Source: Candidatus Woesebacteria bacterium (lineage in GTDB: Bacteria > Patescibacteriota > Microgenomatia > UBA8517). From it: a stretch of 64,000 nucleotides of DNA. This document shows, piece after piece, positions 10,566-20,949 of this stretch. Positions within the stretch are counted from its first letter, which is position 1, and every line of letters starts with the position of its first letter. The position numbers and the translations under genes are program-made. Below the pieces are notes generated by a model. It saw nothing but the letters and a program-made list of their open reading frames with translations. It was not told the origin of the DNA and made no database searches. The DNA is taken from assembly GCA_963784785.1 (NCBI GenBank), contig CAWASW010000007.1, positions 66,394 to 130,393 on the forward strand, written 5' to 3'.

Positions 10566-11601
10566 CTTGGAAAACCACCACCCATTCCGCTGAATACTGA
10601 TTTTGTAGTTGTAGTTGTCCTAGTATTTGTAGTACCTGTAATTACAGTTTGGCCCTCTGTAAGACCTGATTTAATCACAGTTTCAGTATCAGATGAAATC
10701 CCAACTTCGACATCAATATTCTTTTCTTTACCGTTTGACATAGTCTTTGCCTGTGTCTCTCCATTTGCTGTAATTAGACTTCATCAAGCTTTATATTAAC
10801 TCCATAGCTTGTGACGTTTGATGAGGTTGTACCAATCCTATCAACTGTTGCAACAACACCTGTAAAGGTTTTTTCCGTAATTGAATCAAAAGAGATAGTT
10901 GCCTTTTGCCCAATTTTTATTTTTGGAACATCAGTTTCACTAGCAGTTACATTAACAACAGGTGTCGCGTTATTCTCAATAGTTGCAATGCGTTGAGCAG
11001 TTATGACCATTCCTTCAACAATATTTATATTCGAGATTGTTCCAGTATAGGGAGCCACAATAACAGGCGAAGTCTGTTAATAAGAAAGCCTAGCCTGAGC
11101 TAAATTATTATAAGCATTATCATTTGCTACCTCTGCTTTTGTTCTGGTTTCCTTCATGGCCAAGGTTTCATCCGCTTCGTGACCTTTTATTTGATCATAA
11201 GTATATGCAATAGAGGCCTGAGTTGAACGATAGGTATTTAAGGCAGACTGTAAGCTTGTATATGCTTTTACATTTGCCAGTTCTCCATCTGTATCAGGTG
11301 TTATTTCTGCTATCTTTTGACCTTTATATACTTTATCTCCATCTTTAACATAAACTTTTTTAACAATTCCAGAAGTACTGGTGCTGATTGGTAAAATACT
11401 TGTTGATAATGCTTTACCTGAAGCTGTAATAGTTGAGACTACTGTCCCCTTTGCAACTGTTGCTGTTTGATAACTAGTTTTAGCAACTGAATTCTTGCTT
11501 ACCGAATACCAGATACCACCTGCTATAAGCAATATAATTGATATAGAAACCTTCCAATATGTTTTAGCTAGTAATAAATACTTTTGCATCTCTTTCATCA
11601 T
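10562..11601 (-). pseudogene. MacA-like periplasmic adaptor (membrane fusion protein), disrupted
   Basis: In-frame TAA at 11077-11079 (SY*QTSPVIVAPYTG); frame change and apparent deletion near 10775; C-terminus (VGISSDTETVIKSGLTEGQTVI..FPR*) overlaps the next ATG. Confidence 0.88.
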
Positions 11602-11605
11602 ACAC

Positions 11606-11643
11606 CCTGAAGCTTAAATCTGAATACTTAAGAAGAGCTTAAA
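11606..11643 (-). promoter_or_regulatory. TTAAG-N6-TTAAG tandem boxes, putative OmpR-family operator
   Basis: Minus strand ttaag ctcttc ttaag...ttaagcttca; the same motif recurs at 13729-13751. Confidence 0.55.
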
Positions 11644-11696
11644 AAAAATACATCCGCATTTCTGCGGATGTATTCGACAATAAAAGATAATCTAAA

Positions 11697-12155
11697 TTAT
11701 CTATCCATCATCCTTGTGCCCATTCCTCGGCCTTCTCCATCGCCTTTGCCAACGGGCCTCATGTATTCACGAAGTTTTGTTTCGTCAATACCCTCGGTTT
11801 TGTACCAGTTTTGCATTTCGGCACGATTTGCTTGCCTTTCACCAATATGTTCCTCCATTTTGGCAAGTAGAGTGGTTTTTTGAGCCTCTGTAATTACACC
11901 ATCTTTGACAGCTTGAGATAGTTTTTCTACTCTTTGAGACTTCATTTCTTCTTGCTTCTCATCTCTTACAGCTTCAAAAACAGCTTCAACATCAGCTTCC
12001 TTGAGATTAAACTTTTGTGCTATTTTTGAAATTAACGATGCATGCATTGGATTATTGTCCGCTGCTAATACATAACTGCTTCCAAAATAGCCAACTGATG
12101 CTATTACTCCCAATGCTAATACGATTGCTAGCGTCTTTTTGTTAATATAAATCAC
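11697..12155 (-). CDS. Secreted helical hypothetical protein
   Basis: Signal peptide, AVKDGVITEAQ motif, Gly/Met-rich tail. Confidence 0.8.
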   Translation of the reverse strand: MIYINKKTLAIVLALGVIASVGYFGSSYVLAADNNPMHASLISKIAQKFNLKEADVEAVFEAVRDEKQEEMKSQRVEKLSQAVKDGVITEAQKTTLLAKMEEHIGERQANRAEMQNWYKTEGIDETKLREYMRPVGKGDGEGRGMGTRMMDR

Positions 12156-12186
12156 CCCACTTCATATATAAAATATATTAACTTTC

Positions 12187-13107
12187 TTAACTGAAGATGA
12201 CCTTAAAAGTAGTACCAATTCCTAATTTACTCATAACCTTAATCTTTGCATTGTGATTATCTGCAATTTGTTTAGCAATAGAAAGCCCTAGACCATAGCC
12301 ATCATGACTTCTCGCTTTATCTCCTCTGTAAAATCTATCAAATATATGAGGTAGGTCACTATCTGGCATACCTAGACCGTGATCAGTAATCCTCAAAACT
12401 TTATTTTTTAAACTTATTTCAATTTCATTTCCGTTTCCATACTTTATGGCATTATCTAGCAAAATACCTACTAATTCTAATAAGGAATTGCTATCACCTT
12501 TAATCATAGTCTTCTCCAATTTTGAGGTGACTTTTCTCTTACCAATCGATTCGATAACCACTTCAGCCAGATCAACCTGTCTAACTTCAATTTTTTCGTT
12601 CTGATGTTTATTTAGTTTAAGTAAGTAATTCGATAACTTTGTCATGTTGTTAATGTCATCAAGGTTACTCTTAAGCAATTCTCTTGCTTCAGCAATTGTC
12701 ATTTTATTAGATCTTAGAGCTACCTCGATTTGCAACTTAAGTGATGCAAGTGGAGTTCGAAGCTCATGGCTTGCATTACTTACAAATTCTTTTTGCTCTT
12801 CCATCATGATTTTAATTGGGTCTAAGGTTTTACCAGCTAAAAAATATCCAGATAATCCTGATACTACTAAAATTATTCCATTGAGGGTCAATAACGAAAA
12901 GAAAATTCTAGCCTTTGTTTCGATAATAATATCTGGATCAATCAAAAATGCAGGGTTGGGTTTTGAAATTCTTTGTCTATTTTCAATTCTTGAAAGTTCT
13001 AATGTTGCCCCCTGATAAATTATTGCACTAAAAAACAAAGAAATGACCATAATTATAGCCAGATAATAAATAGTTAATTTTATTCTTGCTTCTGTAAACA
13101 TATTCAA
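12187..13107 (-). CDS. Sensor histidine kinase
   Basis: ASHELRTPL, DNAIKY, DHGLG, FDRFYRG, GYGLGL. Confidence 0.96.
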   Translation of the reverse strand: MNMFTEARIKLTIYYLAIIMVISLFFSAIIYQGATLELSRIENRQRISKPNPAFLIDPDIIIETKARIFFSLLTLNGIILVVSGLSGYFLAGKTLDPIKIMMEEQKEFVSNASHELRTPLASLKLQIEVALRSNKMTIAEARELLKSNLDDINNMTKLSNYLLKLNKHQNEKIEVRQVDLAEVVIESIGKRKVTSKLEKTMIKGDSNSLLELVGILLDNAIKYGNGNEIEISLKNKVLRITDHGLGMPDSDLPHIFDRFYRGDKARSHDGYGLGLSIAKQIADNHNAKIKVMSKLGIGTTFKVIFS

Positions 13108-13709
13108 TCCATTTTGTACCCAAAACCTCTAACTGTTCTAATTGCGTCTTTCCCTAATTTATTTCTTAAGTATTTTATAAATACTTCTACAGTATTTGGC
13201 AAAATATCTGATTCGTAATTCCATACATGCGCAATAATCTCGTCTTTAGAAACAATCCTACCTTTATTTTTTGTCAGATACTCTAGAAGTTGGTATTCTT
13301 TTTTTGTAAGCCCCAAATCATTAATTAATATTTCTTCGTCTTTAATTTCTTTTGGCCTGCGAGCAAGCGACCGCACCCTAGCTATAAGTTCTTCAAATGC
13401 AAATGGTTTAACCAAATAATCATCTGCTCCAGAATTTAACCCTAAGACTTTGTCTTCGATTTCTCCTTTCGCGGTAAGCATCAAAATTGGTGTATGGATA
13501 CCTTCTTTTCGTAAATCTTTAGAAATTGATATGCCGTCTTTGTTTGGCAACATTAAATCTAAGACGATAATATCGTAACTTTCTGAAATCGCGAGATCAT
13601 AACCGTCAAGCCCATCAAAAGCTAGATCGCAGATCCAAGATTCCTGCTCAAAACCCTTCTTAATTGAAGTTGCTATCTTATGTTCATCCTCGACCACGAG
13701 TATCTTCAT
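13104..13709 (-). CDS. OmpR-family response regulator
   Basis: VVEDE, DLMLP, GADDYLVKPF, TVRGFGY; short linker region. Confidence 0.95.
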   Translation of the reverse strand: MKILVVEDEHKIATSIKKGFEQESWICDLAFDGLDGYDLAISESYDIIVLDLMLPNKDGISISKDLRKEGIHTPILMLTAKGEIEDKVLGLNSGADDYLVKPFAFEELIARVRSLARRPKEIKDEEILINDLGLTKKEYQLLEYLTKNKGRIVSKDEIIAHVWNYESDILPNTVEVFIKYLRNKLGKDAIRTVRGFGYKMD

Positions 13710-13751
13710 GTTTATTTTAATTATACTCTTGAAGCTTAAAATTGACTTAAT

Positions 13752-14810
13752 TTAGAGAGCTAGTCCAAGTGAAATAAGTATCATCATTATTCCAAAACCA
13801 CTACCCAAGATCGTTGGCCACTCCACTCCGGTCACAGGTATCGGTGCAGACGTAGGAGAACTTGATGCGCCAGAACAGTTACAATTAGAGACAGATGAAC
13901 AATCAGGATTCTTGCATAAACCCCTGTAGCAGAATAAACCACTAGCACAATTAGAGTTGCTACCACATGTACCACCACAGGAATTTGGCTCATTGTTAGG
14001 AGTAGGAGTTGCCGTTTGAGTTAGACATCTGCAATCTGTTCGGCTGCTACAGTTAACATTTCTACACAATCCGTTATTTCCTTTTAGATTGTTATTATCA
14101 TAGCATGCTAGACCTGAAGAACAAACAGTTTGTGGATTCGTAGTTAGGTTGCATGATTGGTTACAAGAGACAGTTATAGGAGTTGATGTAACTCTTGGAC
14201 TGGATGTGGCAATCGGAGTTGCGCTAGCGCTACAAATACAATCGCTGTCATTTACGCAGGCAAGTTTTCTACAAAATTTGTCTCTGAGCTTTGAATCTGT
14301 TGCACATATTAACCCATCTGGACAATCAACATTTGTGTTGCATGAGCTATTACATCTACTAGGAGCAGCCGTAGGAGTTGCTGTTGCATGTGCAGTTGCT
14401 GTCGGAGTAGGAGAACTTGGGCATGCAGTCATATTTGAAGTCCAAGAGGCACCATTACAACAGTAGTTACGATCTTTACAAAACTCGATTCTACCTTTCA
14501 TCTGCAAATTACAAAGACTATCTTTTGGAGATCCGTCTGCCTCAGCTGGATGACAATTCCATAGATGATTCTCCGCTCCAGCCACAGGGCACTGCTCAGT
14601 ACCCGCGACAGAACATTGAGGAACCGAAGCCTTTTCAGATATATTCTGCTGCTGTCTCACTAAAATAATGCCAGCTACAACCCCAATAGACAAAACTACG
14701 ATTCCAATAATCGCACTGACTATTTTCCAATTAGTCTTTTTTACAGACTTAGAATTAGATAACCCGACAACTTTTAAATTACTTGAATCCATTACAGATA
14801 ATAATGTCAC
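13752..14810 (-). CDS. Cys-rich membrane-anchored surface protein with Pro/Thr linkers
   Basis: N-terminal TM, repeated Cys modules, PVTG plus C-terminal TM. Confidence 0.85.
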   Translation of the reverse strand: MTLLSVMDSSNLKVVGLSNSKSVKKTNWKIVSAIIGIVVLSIGVVAGIILVRQQQNISEKASVPQCSVAGTEQCPVAGAENHLWNCHPAEADGSPKDSLCNLQMKGRIEFCKDRNYCCNGASWTSNMTACPSSPTPTATAHATATPTAAPSRCNSSCNTNVDCPDGLICATDSKLRDKFCRKLACVNDSDCICSASATPIATSSPRVTSTPITVSCNQSCNLTTNPQTVCSSGLACYDNNNLKGNNGLCRNVNCSSRTDCRCLTQTATPTPNNEPNSCGGTCGSNSNCASGLFCYRGLCKNPDCSSVSNCNCSGASSSPTSAPIPVTGVEWPTILGSGFGIMMILISLGLAL

Positions 14811-14872
14811 AAATCAACACTTGAAATCAATACCCTAAATGCTTTAGCATTACGATTAATTGTACAATTATT

Positions 14873-15217
14873 ATGACAAAATACAGAGAATTTTTCGAAA
14901 GAATGATAACTAGCGAAAAACAAAAATTTGATGCGTTTACAAAACTTCATATGCAATTCAGTATGGACCAAGACAAACTCCAAGAGGAATTTAACACAGA
15001 GGGAACAAAGATTGTTGCAATAATACGCGAGTGGGAAAATAAATTATGCTCCACAAGCGACAAAGCAGGATACGGAGGCTACACCTCAAATCTTTCTGAA
15101 AAATTTTGGGGTGAAATCAGAAAATCCTTCCCACTAATTGATTATGTTGGAGTGATAGTTAAGAAGAAAAGCGCGGATCCTGAAACGGGGTTCAGGATTA
15201 ATAAAATCAATCTTTAA
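14873..15217 (+). CDS. Hypothetical protein
   Basis: 114-aa ORF preceded by TGTACAAT -10-like box. Confidence 0.75.
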   Translation: MTKYREFFERMITSEKQKFDAFTKLHMQFSMDQDKLQEEFNTEGTKIVAIIREWENKLCSTSDKAGYGGYTSNLSEKFWGEIRKSFPLIDYVGVIVKKKSADPETGFRINKINL

Positions 15218-16457
15218 GGCCAAGCCCTAAAACTTCATCAAAGCTAATTGCTAAATCATATTTGTCTTCACTTGGAATATTAGACTTCAGCATCTCAAAT
15301 AATACAGCCATAGCTTTACCAGTATTTAAATCATCATTAATAGCATCTCCAAACTTTAATCTATATTCTTCAATCTTGTTATTCTTTTCTGTTGACAAAG
15401 TATTTCTCGAACTAGATTTTAGATTATAGATTATAGATTTTAGTTTTTTAAGTCCTTTGGAGGCAGACTCTAAAGACATCCATGTAAAATTCATTGGCTT
15501 TTTATAATGAGCACCCAAAAACAAGTATCTTAAAGCGATTGGGTCAAACCCTTTTTCTATAATATCTGATATTGTATAGAAGTTACCCAGAGATTTACTC
15601 ATTTTAGTTCCATCAACCATTAAAAATGCATAGTGTACCCAGAATTTACTAAAAGGTTTTTTTCCAGTTGCTCCTTCGCTTTGTGCTATTTCGTTTGGAT
15701 GGTGGATTGATAAATGATCTTCACCTCCGGTATGAATGTCAATTTGTTCACCTAGATATTTCATACTCATGGCAGAGCACTCGATATGCCAGCCTGGAAA
15801 TCCATCTCCCCAAGGACTTTCCCAATGCATGGCATGATCAGCAAACTTACCTACGCTCTTAAACCACAATGCAAAATCTTGAGGGTTCTTCTTGTTCTCG
15901 TCTGTCTTCACCTGTTCCCTAACACCTATTCGCTTTTCGTTAATTTGTTGTCCAAACAACTTTCCATAATCCTCAAATTTTGCTGTATCAAAGTAAACAG
16001 CTTCCTCTGTATCATAGGCAAAGCCATTTTTAAATAACTTTTCAATGAGTTCAATTTGATCTTTGATATGATCTGTTGCTTTACAAACAGTTGTTGGTCT
16101 AATGATATTTAATTTGTCCATTGAATCGTAGAAATTCTTTGTAAAAAATTCTGCCACTTCCCAAACAGTTTTATTTTGTTTTTTAGCTCCTTTTTCAAGT
16201 TTATCTTCCCCATCATCTGCGTCAGATACTAAATGACCCACATCTGTAACATTTTGAACGTGATTTACCTTAAAACCATTATGTTGAAGAGTTCTCTTTA
16301 AAATATCGTCCATCACATATTTTCTACCATGGCCGATATGTGCATAATCATAAACAGTCATTCCACAGGTGTAGAGTTTTACTTCATTGGGATCTATCGA
16401 AGAAAAAAGCTCTTTTTGTCTGGTGAGTGAGTTATATAAATACAAATCCATAATCAA
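15207..16457 (-). CDS. cysS: Cysteine--tRNA ligase, short form
   Basis: [29 protein letters not shown]. Confidence 0.97.
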   Translation of the reverse strand: MIMDLYLYNSLTRQKELFSSIDPNEVKLYTCGMTVYDYAHIGHGRKYVMDDILKRTLQHNGFKVNHVQNVTDVGHLVSDADDGEDKLEKGAKKQNKTVWEVAEFFTKNFYDSMDKLNIIRPTTVCKATDHIKDQIELIEKLFKNGFAYDTEEAVYFDTAKFEDYGKLFGQQINEKRIGVREQVKTDENKKNPQDFALWFKSVGKFADHAMHWESPWGDGFPGWHIECSAMSMKYLGEQIDIHTGGEDHLSIHHPNEIAQSEGATGKKPFSKFWVHYAFLMVDGTKMSKSLGNFYTISDIIEKGFDPIALRYLFLGAHYKKPMNFTWMSLESASKGLKKLKSIIYNLKSSSRNTLSTEKNNKIEEYRLKFGDAINDDLNTGKAMAVLFEMLKSNIPSEDKYDLAISFDEVLGLGLKD

Positions 16458-16654
16458 TTGTCAGATTTTATGATATCAAACTTAAAATAAAATTTTAAAA
16501 TATGAATTTGTTCATCAGGAGGTAATCTGCAAGCGACTTTATATTCACTGGAACCTAATTGACCTTGAATTTTTTTTAACAACTTTTTGGGATCAACAAA
16601 TTTATCTTCATTTTGCAATTTGATCCTAATTTTTTGTCCACCTTCTACTGTCAT
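16454..16654 (-). CDS. Small hypothetical protein
   Basis: ATGA overlaps with genes on both sides. Confidence 0.45.
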   Translation of the reverse strand: MTVEGGQKIRIKLQNEDKFVDPKKLLKKIQGQLGSSEYKVACRLPPDEQIHILKFYFKFDIIKSDN

Positions 16655-17076
16655 TTTAATATTTTAACATCTTTTGGCTCTAAGCGTTTTACCCCTAATT
16701 TATCAAAATCCTTATCGAATGACACTACAATCATTTTTTTTGATTGTATTTCTGGATTTGAAGCTATTAATGCGTCTATAAACTTTACTGAAAAATTTGA
16801 ATATAAATCCAATGTTTTTGAAAAATCATACTTATCAAAAACTTTTAAGTTATTTAACTTTAGGATACTTGACAAACCCCTGTCTATATTGTTCTTAGAT
16901 TCATTATAAGACGAGCCAAGTACCCATACAATTTCTGATAATACTGTTGATGATGTGAAGGCTTTAATTTTCGAGTTTTTGACTAAGTTTAAAAATTTGT
17001 GACATTCATCAAACACTTTTTTGTCCTCTAGTTCCAATACTCTAATAAAAATGTTGGTATCAATAAAATACTTCAT
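16651..17076 (-). CDS. PIN-domain toxin (VapC-like)
   Basis: FIDTNIF, E, FIDALIA, SFDKDF. Confidence 0.92.
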   Translation of the reverse strand: MKYFIDTNIFIRVLELEDKKVFDECHKFLNLVKNSKIKAFTSSTVLSEIVWVLGSSYNESKNNIDRGLSSILKLNNLKVFDKYDFSKTLDLYSNFSVKFIDALIASNPEIQSKKMIVVSFDKDFDKLGVKRLEPKDVKILK

Positions 17077-17309
17077 ACTCTTTTGTAATGAGTCTGCATA
17101 TCTTCTCGAGCCTTTAAGGCATTCATTCCTTTTGGAGCTCTACCAATTGGAGCAATATCTAAGATATCTAATGTTGGCTCAAGATTTATAGACTTCTTTG
17201 TCATAGAAATTGCAATTTTAGTATATGGTTTCATACCAAAAAATTTTCTCATTTCAAAAGGTATTGTAACTTGGCCTTTTTGAGTTAATGTGGCTAATTG
17301 CATTTGCAT
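17073..17309 (-). CDS. AbrB/MazE-family antitoxin
   Basis: TQKGQVTIPFEMRK. Confidence 0.9.
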   Translation of the reverse strand: MQMQLATLTQKGQVTIPFEMRKFFGMKPYTKIAISMTKKSINLEPTLDILDIAPIGRAPKGMNALKAREDMQTHYKRV

Positions 17310-17313
17310 ATAC

Positions 17314-17341
17314 AAGTAATACTATTACAAAAGTATTACTT
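17314..17341. promoter_or_regulatory. Inverted-repeat operator of the TA operon
   Basis: aagtaatact-N8-agtattactt overlapping the promoter (TTGACA on minus strand at 17341-17346). Confidence 0.65.
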
Positions 17342-17382
17342 TGTCAAGAAGTATTACATTACTACAAAGTAGCAGGTTATAC

Positions 17383-17913
17383 TTATCCACTTGGTGGTAC
17401 TGGTTTTTCAACACGTGTCTCTTCTTTTTTAGCAGCACCTTTTTGTCCCCCACCCATCTTTCTACCTTTCTTGGAGGTTGGCATGTCAACTAACGAAGTT
17501 GTTTGCTGTGCATTTCTATTTCTAACTGCTTGAATTTGTGCCTTTAAAACATCACGCTGTTCATAAGAAAGTTCTGTAAATTCCTCCAATGGAATATTTT
17601 CCCCTTCTTGAATCCTTTTCATCACGTCATTAAATATTTTTTGACGTCTGATATCTTTTAACTCTGATTCCAAGGCCTGAAGATGCCTCCCATCTTGCTC
17701 TGCAACCTGAGCTTTATATTTTGTCTCATCCTGAGGAATCTCAGGATCTGACTTTGCTCCATCCTGAGGACGCTCAGGACCTGCATTAGCGTTTGGTAAG
17801 TTCTCAACTCCTGTTACCTGTTTTGCAGCTGTACGAAGTAATTCCAATGGCTCCTGTGCCATTTGCTGAGCTGATTTTTTAATTGCTTGTTTTACTTGGG
17901 CAGTAGTATTCAT
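17383..17913 (-). CDS. Hypothetical protein
   Basis: 176-aa ORF 7 nt downstream of recR. Confidence 0.75.
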   Translation of the reverse strand: MNTTAQVKQAIKKSAQQMAQEPLELLRTAAKQVTGVENLPNANAGPERPQDGAKSDPEIPQDETKYKAQVAEQDGRHLQALESELKDIRRQKIFNDVMKRIQEGENIPLEEFTELSYEQRDVLKAQIQAVRNRNAQQTTSLVDMPTSKKGRKMGGGQKGAAKKEETRVEKPVPPSG

Positions 17914-17920
17914 TAACTAA

Positions 17921-18529
17921 TCATAACATTCTTCGACCCTCTAATGCTTGTGTCAAAGTTGTATCGTCTACATATTCCAAATCAGCACCAGTTGGTATCC
18001 CCATCCCTAGGCGTGTAATTCGTAATTCATAATTCATACTTCGTAATTGTTTTGTAAGGTACATCGCCGTTGCTTCTCCCTCCATTGTTGGATTTGTAGC
18101 AATGACAACTTCTTGAATCTTAAATCTTGAATCTTGAATCCTGTCCAGTAGTGACTGGACAAATATCTCATCCGGTCCAATATTTTCCAGAGGATTAATT
18201 GCTCCATGCAAAACGTGATAAAGTCCTTTGTATCTTCCGCTTCTTTCAAAAGCGATAACATCAAGTGGATTTTCAACAACTAAACAAACCGTATGATCAC
18301 GAGCATCGTCTGAACAAATTGCACAAGGATCACTTTCTGCAATATTCTTACAGACTGAACAAAGTACAGTATCTTTTTTAAGCCTACTTAGATTGTTACT
18401 AAATTCATCTAACTGTGTTTGAGGTACACGAAGTAAATAATAAGTCAGGCGTTGCGCCGACTTCGGCCCAATTCCAGGTAATTTTTCAAATGACTCCGTT
18501 AAAGAAGTTATCGCCTTTGCAATTCGCAT
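17921..18529 (-). CDS. recR: Recombination mediator RecR
   Basis: LPGIGPKSAQR, C4 zinc finger, ATNPTMEGEATA. Confidence 0.97.
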   Translation of the reverse strand: MRIAKAITSLTESFEKLPGIGPKSAQRLTYYLLRVPQTQLDEFSNNLSRLKKDTVLCSVCKNIAESDPCAICSDDARDHTVCLVVENPLDVIAFERSGRYKGLYHVLHGAINPLENIGPDEIFVQSLLDRIQDSRFKIQEVVIATNPTMEGEATAMYLTKQLRSMNYELRITRLGMGIPTGADLEYVDDTTLTQALEGRRML

Positions 18530-18560
18530 AATGAATTATTATATAGTAAATTATATAAAT

Positions 18561-19292
18561 ATGGATACTATCCCAGACTTTCACAATTCAGGTTGGGAAA
18601 CCTCGAGACGTTTTATAAACCAACCAGATATTTTTGGGTCACCTGAATCATATTTAGATGTGCTTCCAACTTACTATGGACGAACCGCACATGATGTTCT
18701 AATTGAAAAAACCAGCAAAGGATTTAGCCGTTTATTGGATCTTGGAGGTGGAGGAGGAATTGGCGCTGTCGGAATACGTAAACGTTTTTCGACAGAAAAA
18801 TTAGATATCTCAGTGATTGGTAGTGAAGCCGACACACTAAAACCATTCAAACTAAGTCCGAGAGAGCTCGACTTTCGTGAACCATCTAAGGATCATTTAA
18901 TAGAAAATAACATTAACTTTCATCAAATTGATTTTACTAAAATCACTCCCGACGACATTGCAAGATTAGGGAGGTTCGATGTAATAACAGCAGTATATTC
19001 AGTTGGATGGATGGAAGAAGCCAAATACAAACTACTACAAAAAATTGAGGGCTTGCTAAAGCCAGATGGAATTGCCTTTGTTGGACCCTTGCAAATATTA
19101 AAAAACATCAGTGACTCATCTTGGCAGACAGAATCTGCGTTTACTTACTTAAACAGAACATATGGAACACAAATTGATATGAGCAATGGTGGCGTTGCGT
19201 TTCAAAAAGACAACAATAAGATACAATTTCCGAATATTTTTGAAACACAAGCAATAAATGCTGCAAGTGAGAGGGTTAAATTACTTTCCTAA
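18561..19292 (+). CDS. Class I SAM-dependent methyltransferase
   Basis: LLDLGGGGG, FDVI, LLKPDG; inserted antisense between ybaB and recR. Confidence 0.85.
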   Translation: MDTIPDFHNSGWETSRRFINQPDIFGSPESYLDVLPTYYGRTAHDVLIEKTSKGFSRLLDLGGGGGIGAVGIRKRFSTEKLDISVIGSEADTLKPFKLSPRELDFREPSKDHLIENNINFHQIDFTKITPDDIARLGRFDVITAVYSVGWMEEAKYKLLQKIEGLLKPDGIAFVGPLQILKNISDSSWQTESAFTYLNRTYGTQIDMSNGGVAFQKDNNKIQFPNIFETQAINAASERVKLLS

Positions 19293-19568
19293 TCCACCTA
19301 GAAGTCCAGATAATCCGCCGCCCATTTCCATCATTTTCTTTGCTGCTTCTTTTTGAACTTTTTTCATTGCTTCATTAATAAGATCAACTAAAAACTTCAT
19401 ATCTTCTCCATCCTTTTTAATGTATCTTATTTTTTGATCTCCTGTCACAGAAACTGACCATCCATTTTTTTCCATGGTTTCGATAATCTTTTCTAATTCC
19501 TTTTGAAGAGCTGAAGCCTGTTGCCTCATTTTATTTAACTCGCCTAATTGTTTAAATTTGTCAAACAT
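19281..19568 (-). CDS. YbaB/EbfC nucleoid-associated protein
   Basis: Sequence pattern and dnaX-ybaB-recR synteny. Confidence 0.9.
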   Translation of the reverse strand: MFDKFKQLGELNKMRQQASALQKELEKIIETMEKNGWSVSVTGDQKIRYIKKDGEDMKFLVDLINEAMKKVQKEAAKKMMEMGGGLSGLLGGLGK

Positions 19569-19653
19569 ATCCTTAGATTAATAGATAAATAGATAATTAG
19601 AGAACTAGTAACGCATTCTGACTATTCATCTAGTCATCTATTTATCTAGTTCG

Positions 19654-19965
19654 CTAGCTAAACATTTGTTCAGCAACATTGATTATATTTTGATTATTCA
19701 CATCCGTCAACTCCTGCCTTGCAGGAGCCTCCTCAAGACAACATTCTATCCTAACTTCTTTGCCAAAAATACTAAGTGCAATGTCCTCCAACATTTTTTT
19801 TGTTTTTGTTTCTTCTAACTTATCTTTGTGAAATTGATAGTACACACCAAGTTTTATTCTATTGTCTTCAAAACCTAAAAGTTTTGCAGAATTTAGAAGT
19901 CCAGCAATAGACAAACTAATTGGTTTTACCTCTGCAAGAATTTTTTTCCAAGTGAAGTCATCCAT
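19654..19965 (-). CDS. Stand-alone C-terminal domain of DNA polymerase III tau
   Basis: W..IL..VK....I..LL...FHKDKL pattern of the tau C-domain; TAATG overlap with dnaX. Confidence 0.75.
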   Translation of the reverse strand: MDDFTWKKILAEVKPISLSIAGLLNSAKLLGFEDNRIKLGVYYQFHKDKLEETKTKKMLEDIALSIFGKEVRIECCLEEAPARQELTDVNNQNIINVAEQMFS

Positions 19966-20936
19966 TAACTAATTTTACACCACTTGATGAGGGCTAGCTC
20001 AAGTGGTAATTCCTCTATCGGACTATACTTAACCATCTCTTTTGATGTCAAAATAAATTCAATTAAAGGAATTATTTCTTTGTCCTGTGTTTCTATCAGC
20101 ACCTGATGCAATTTTTCTAGCAATTCATCTGTCAGATATTCTATGTTTGATGATTTCTTAACAATTTCTAATGATTTGTTCAAATCTTTCTTAAGCACAC
20201 ACAAAATTAATTCATTTGCATTTGACTCCTTATCTTTATCAAGAAAACTTTTATCTGATACAAATTGTTCTAATGATTTTGCAGCGTCTCTAAAAGATCC
20301 CCAAGCTAATTTTACGATTTTATCAATTTCTTCTTTCTTAATTTTTATCTCTTCTTTGTCTATTATCCTTTGAAGAGATCTCATGATCTCTTCGCTAGTA
20401 GCTTTACTGAATTCAATAATAGTTACTCTACTTTTTATCGTCTCAATTAGCTTTTCAGGATTTGTAGTTGCCAATATAAAATAAACATGAGCTGGGGGCT
20501 CCTCAAGCGTTTTTAACAAGGCATTTGATGCCTCTGTCGTTAACATGTGGCATTCATCAATAATATAAATTTTAGCCTTAGAACTACTTGGTGATAATTT
20601 GACTGCATCACGCAATACTCTGATGTCATCGATTCCTCTGTTGCTTGCCGCATCCATTTCAATGACATCAATATTATTACCCGCAGTTATTGATTTGCAG
20701 CTCTCGCACTCGTTACAGGGTTCAACTATACCCTGTACACTAGACGCTATACGCTGGCAATTTATTGCCTTAGCCAAAATCCTTGCAAGTGAAGTTTTTC
20801 CAGTTCCTCTTGGGCCTGCGAACAAAAATGCATGTGGAATATTTCCTGATCTCAAAATATTATTTAAAGACTCACGAACTGAAGTTATATCTATCTCGTC
20901 AATTGTTTGAGGTCGATATTTTAGGTAGAGTGTCAT
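19965..20936 (-). CDS. dnaX: DNA polymerase III gamma/tau (clamp-loader part only)
   Basis: KYRPQT, GPRGTGKT, DAASNRG, DECHML, LLKTLEEPP. Confidence 0.96.
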   Translation of the reverse strand: MTLYLKYRPQTIDEIDITSVRESLNNILRSGNIPHAFLFAGPRGTGKTSLARILAKAINCQRIASSVQGIVEPCNECESCKSITAGNNIDVIEMDAASNRGIDDIRVLRDAVKLSPSSSKAKIYIIDECHMLTTEASNALLKTLEEPPAHVYFILATTNPEKLIETIKSRVTIIEFSKATSEEIMRSLQRIIDKEEIKIKKEEIDKIVKLAWGSFRDAAKSLEQFVSDKSFLDKDKESNANELILCVLKKDLNKSLEIVKKSSNIEYLTDELLEKLHQVLIETQDKEIIPLIEFILTSKEMVKYSPIEELPLELALIKWCKIS

Positions 20937-20949
20937 CCTCTTTAAGATA

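Noticed and set aside
19960-19985. Programmed -1 frameshift producing full-length tau
   Set aside because: Stops in the -1 frame just upstream and no canonical slippery heptamer
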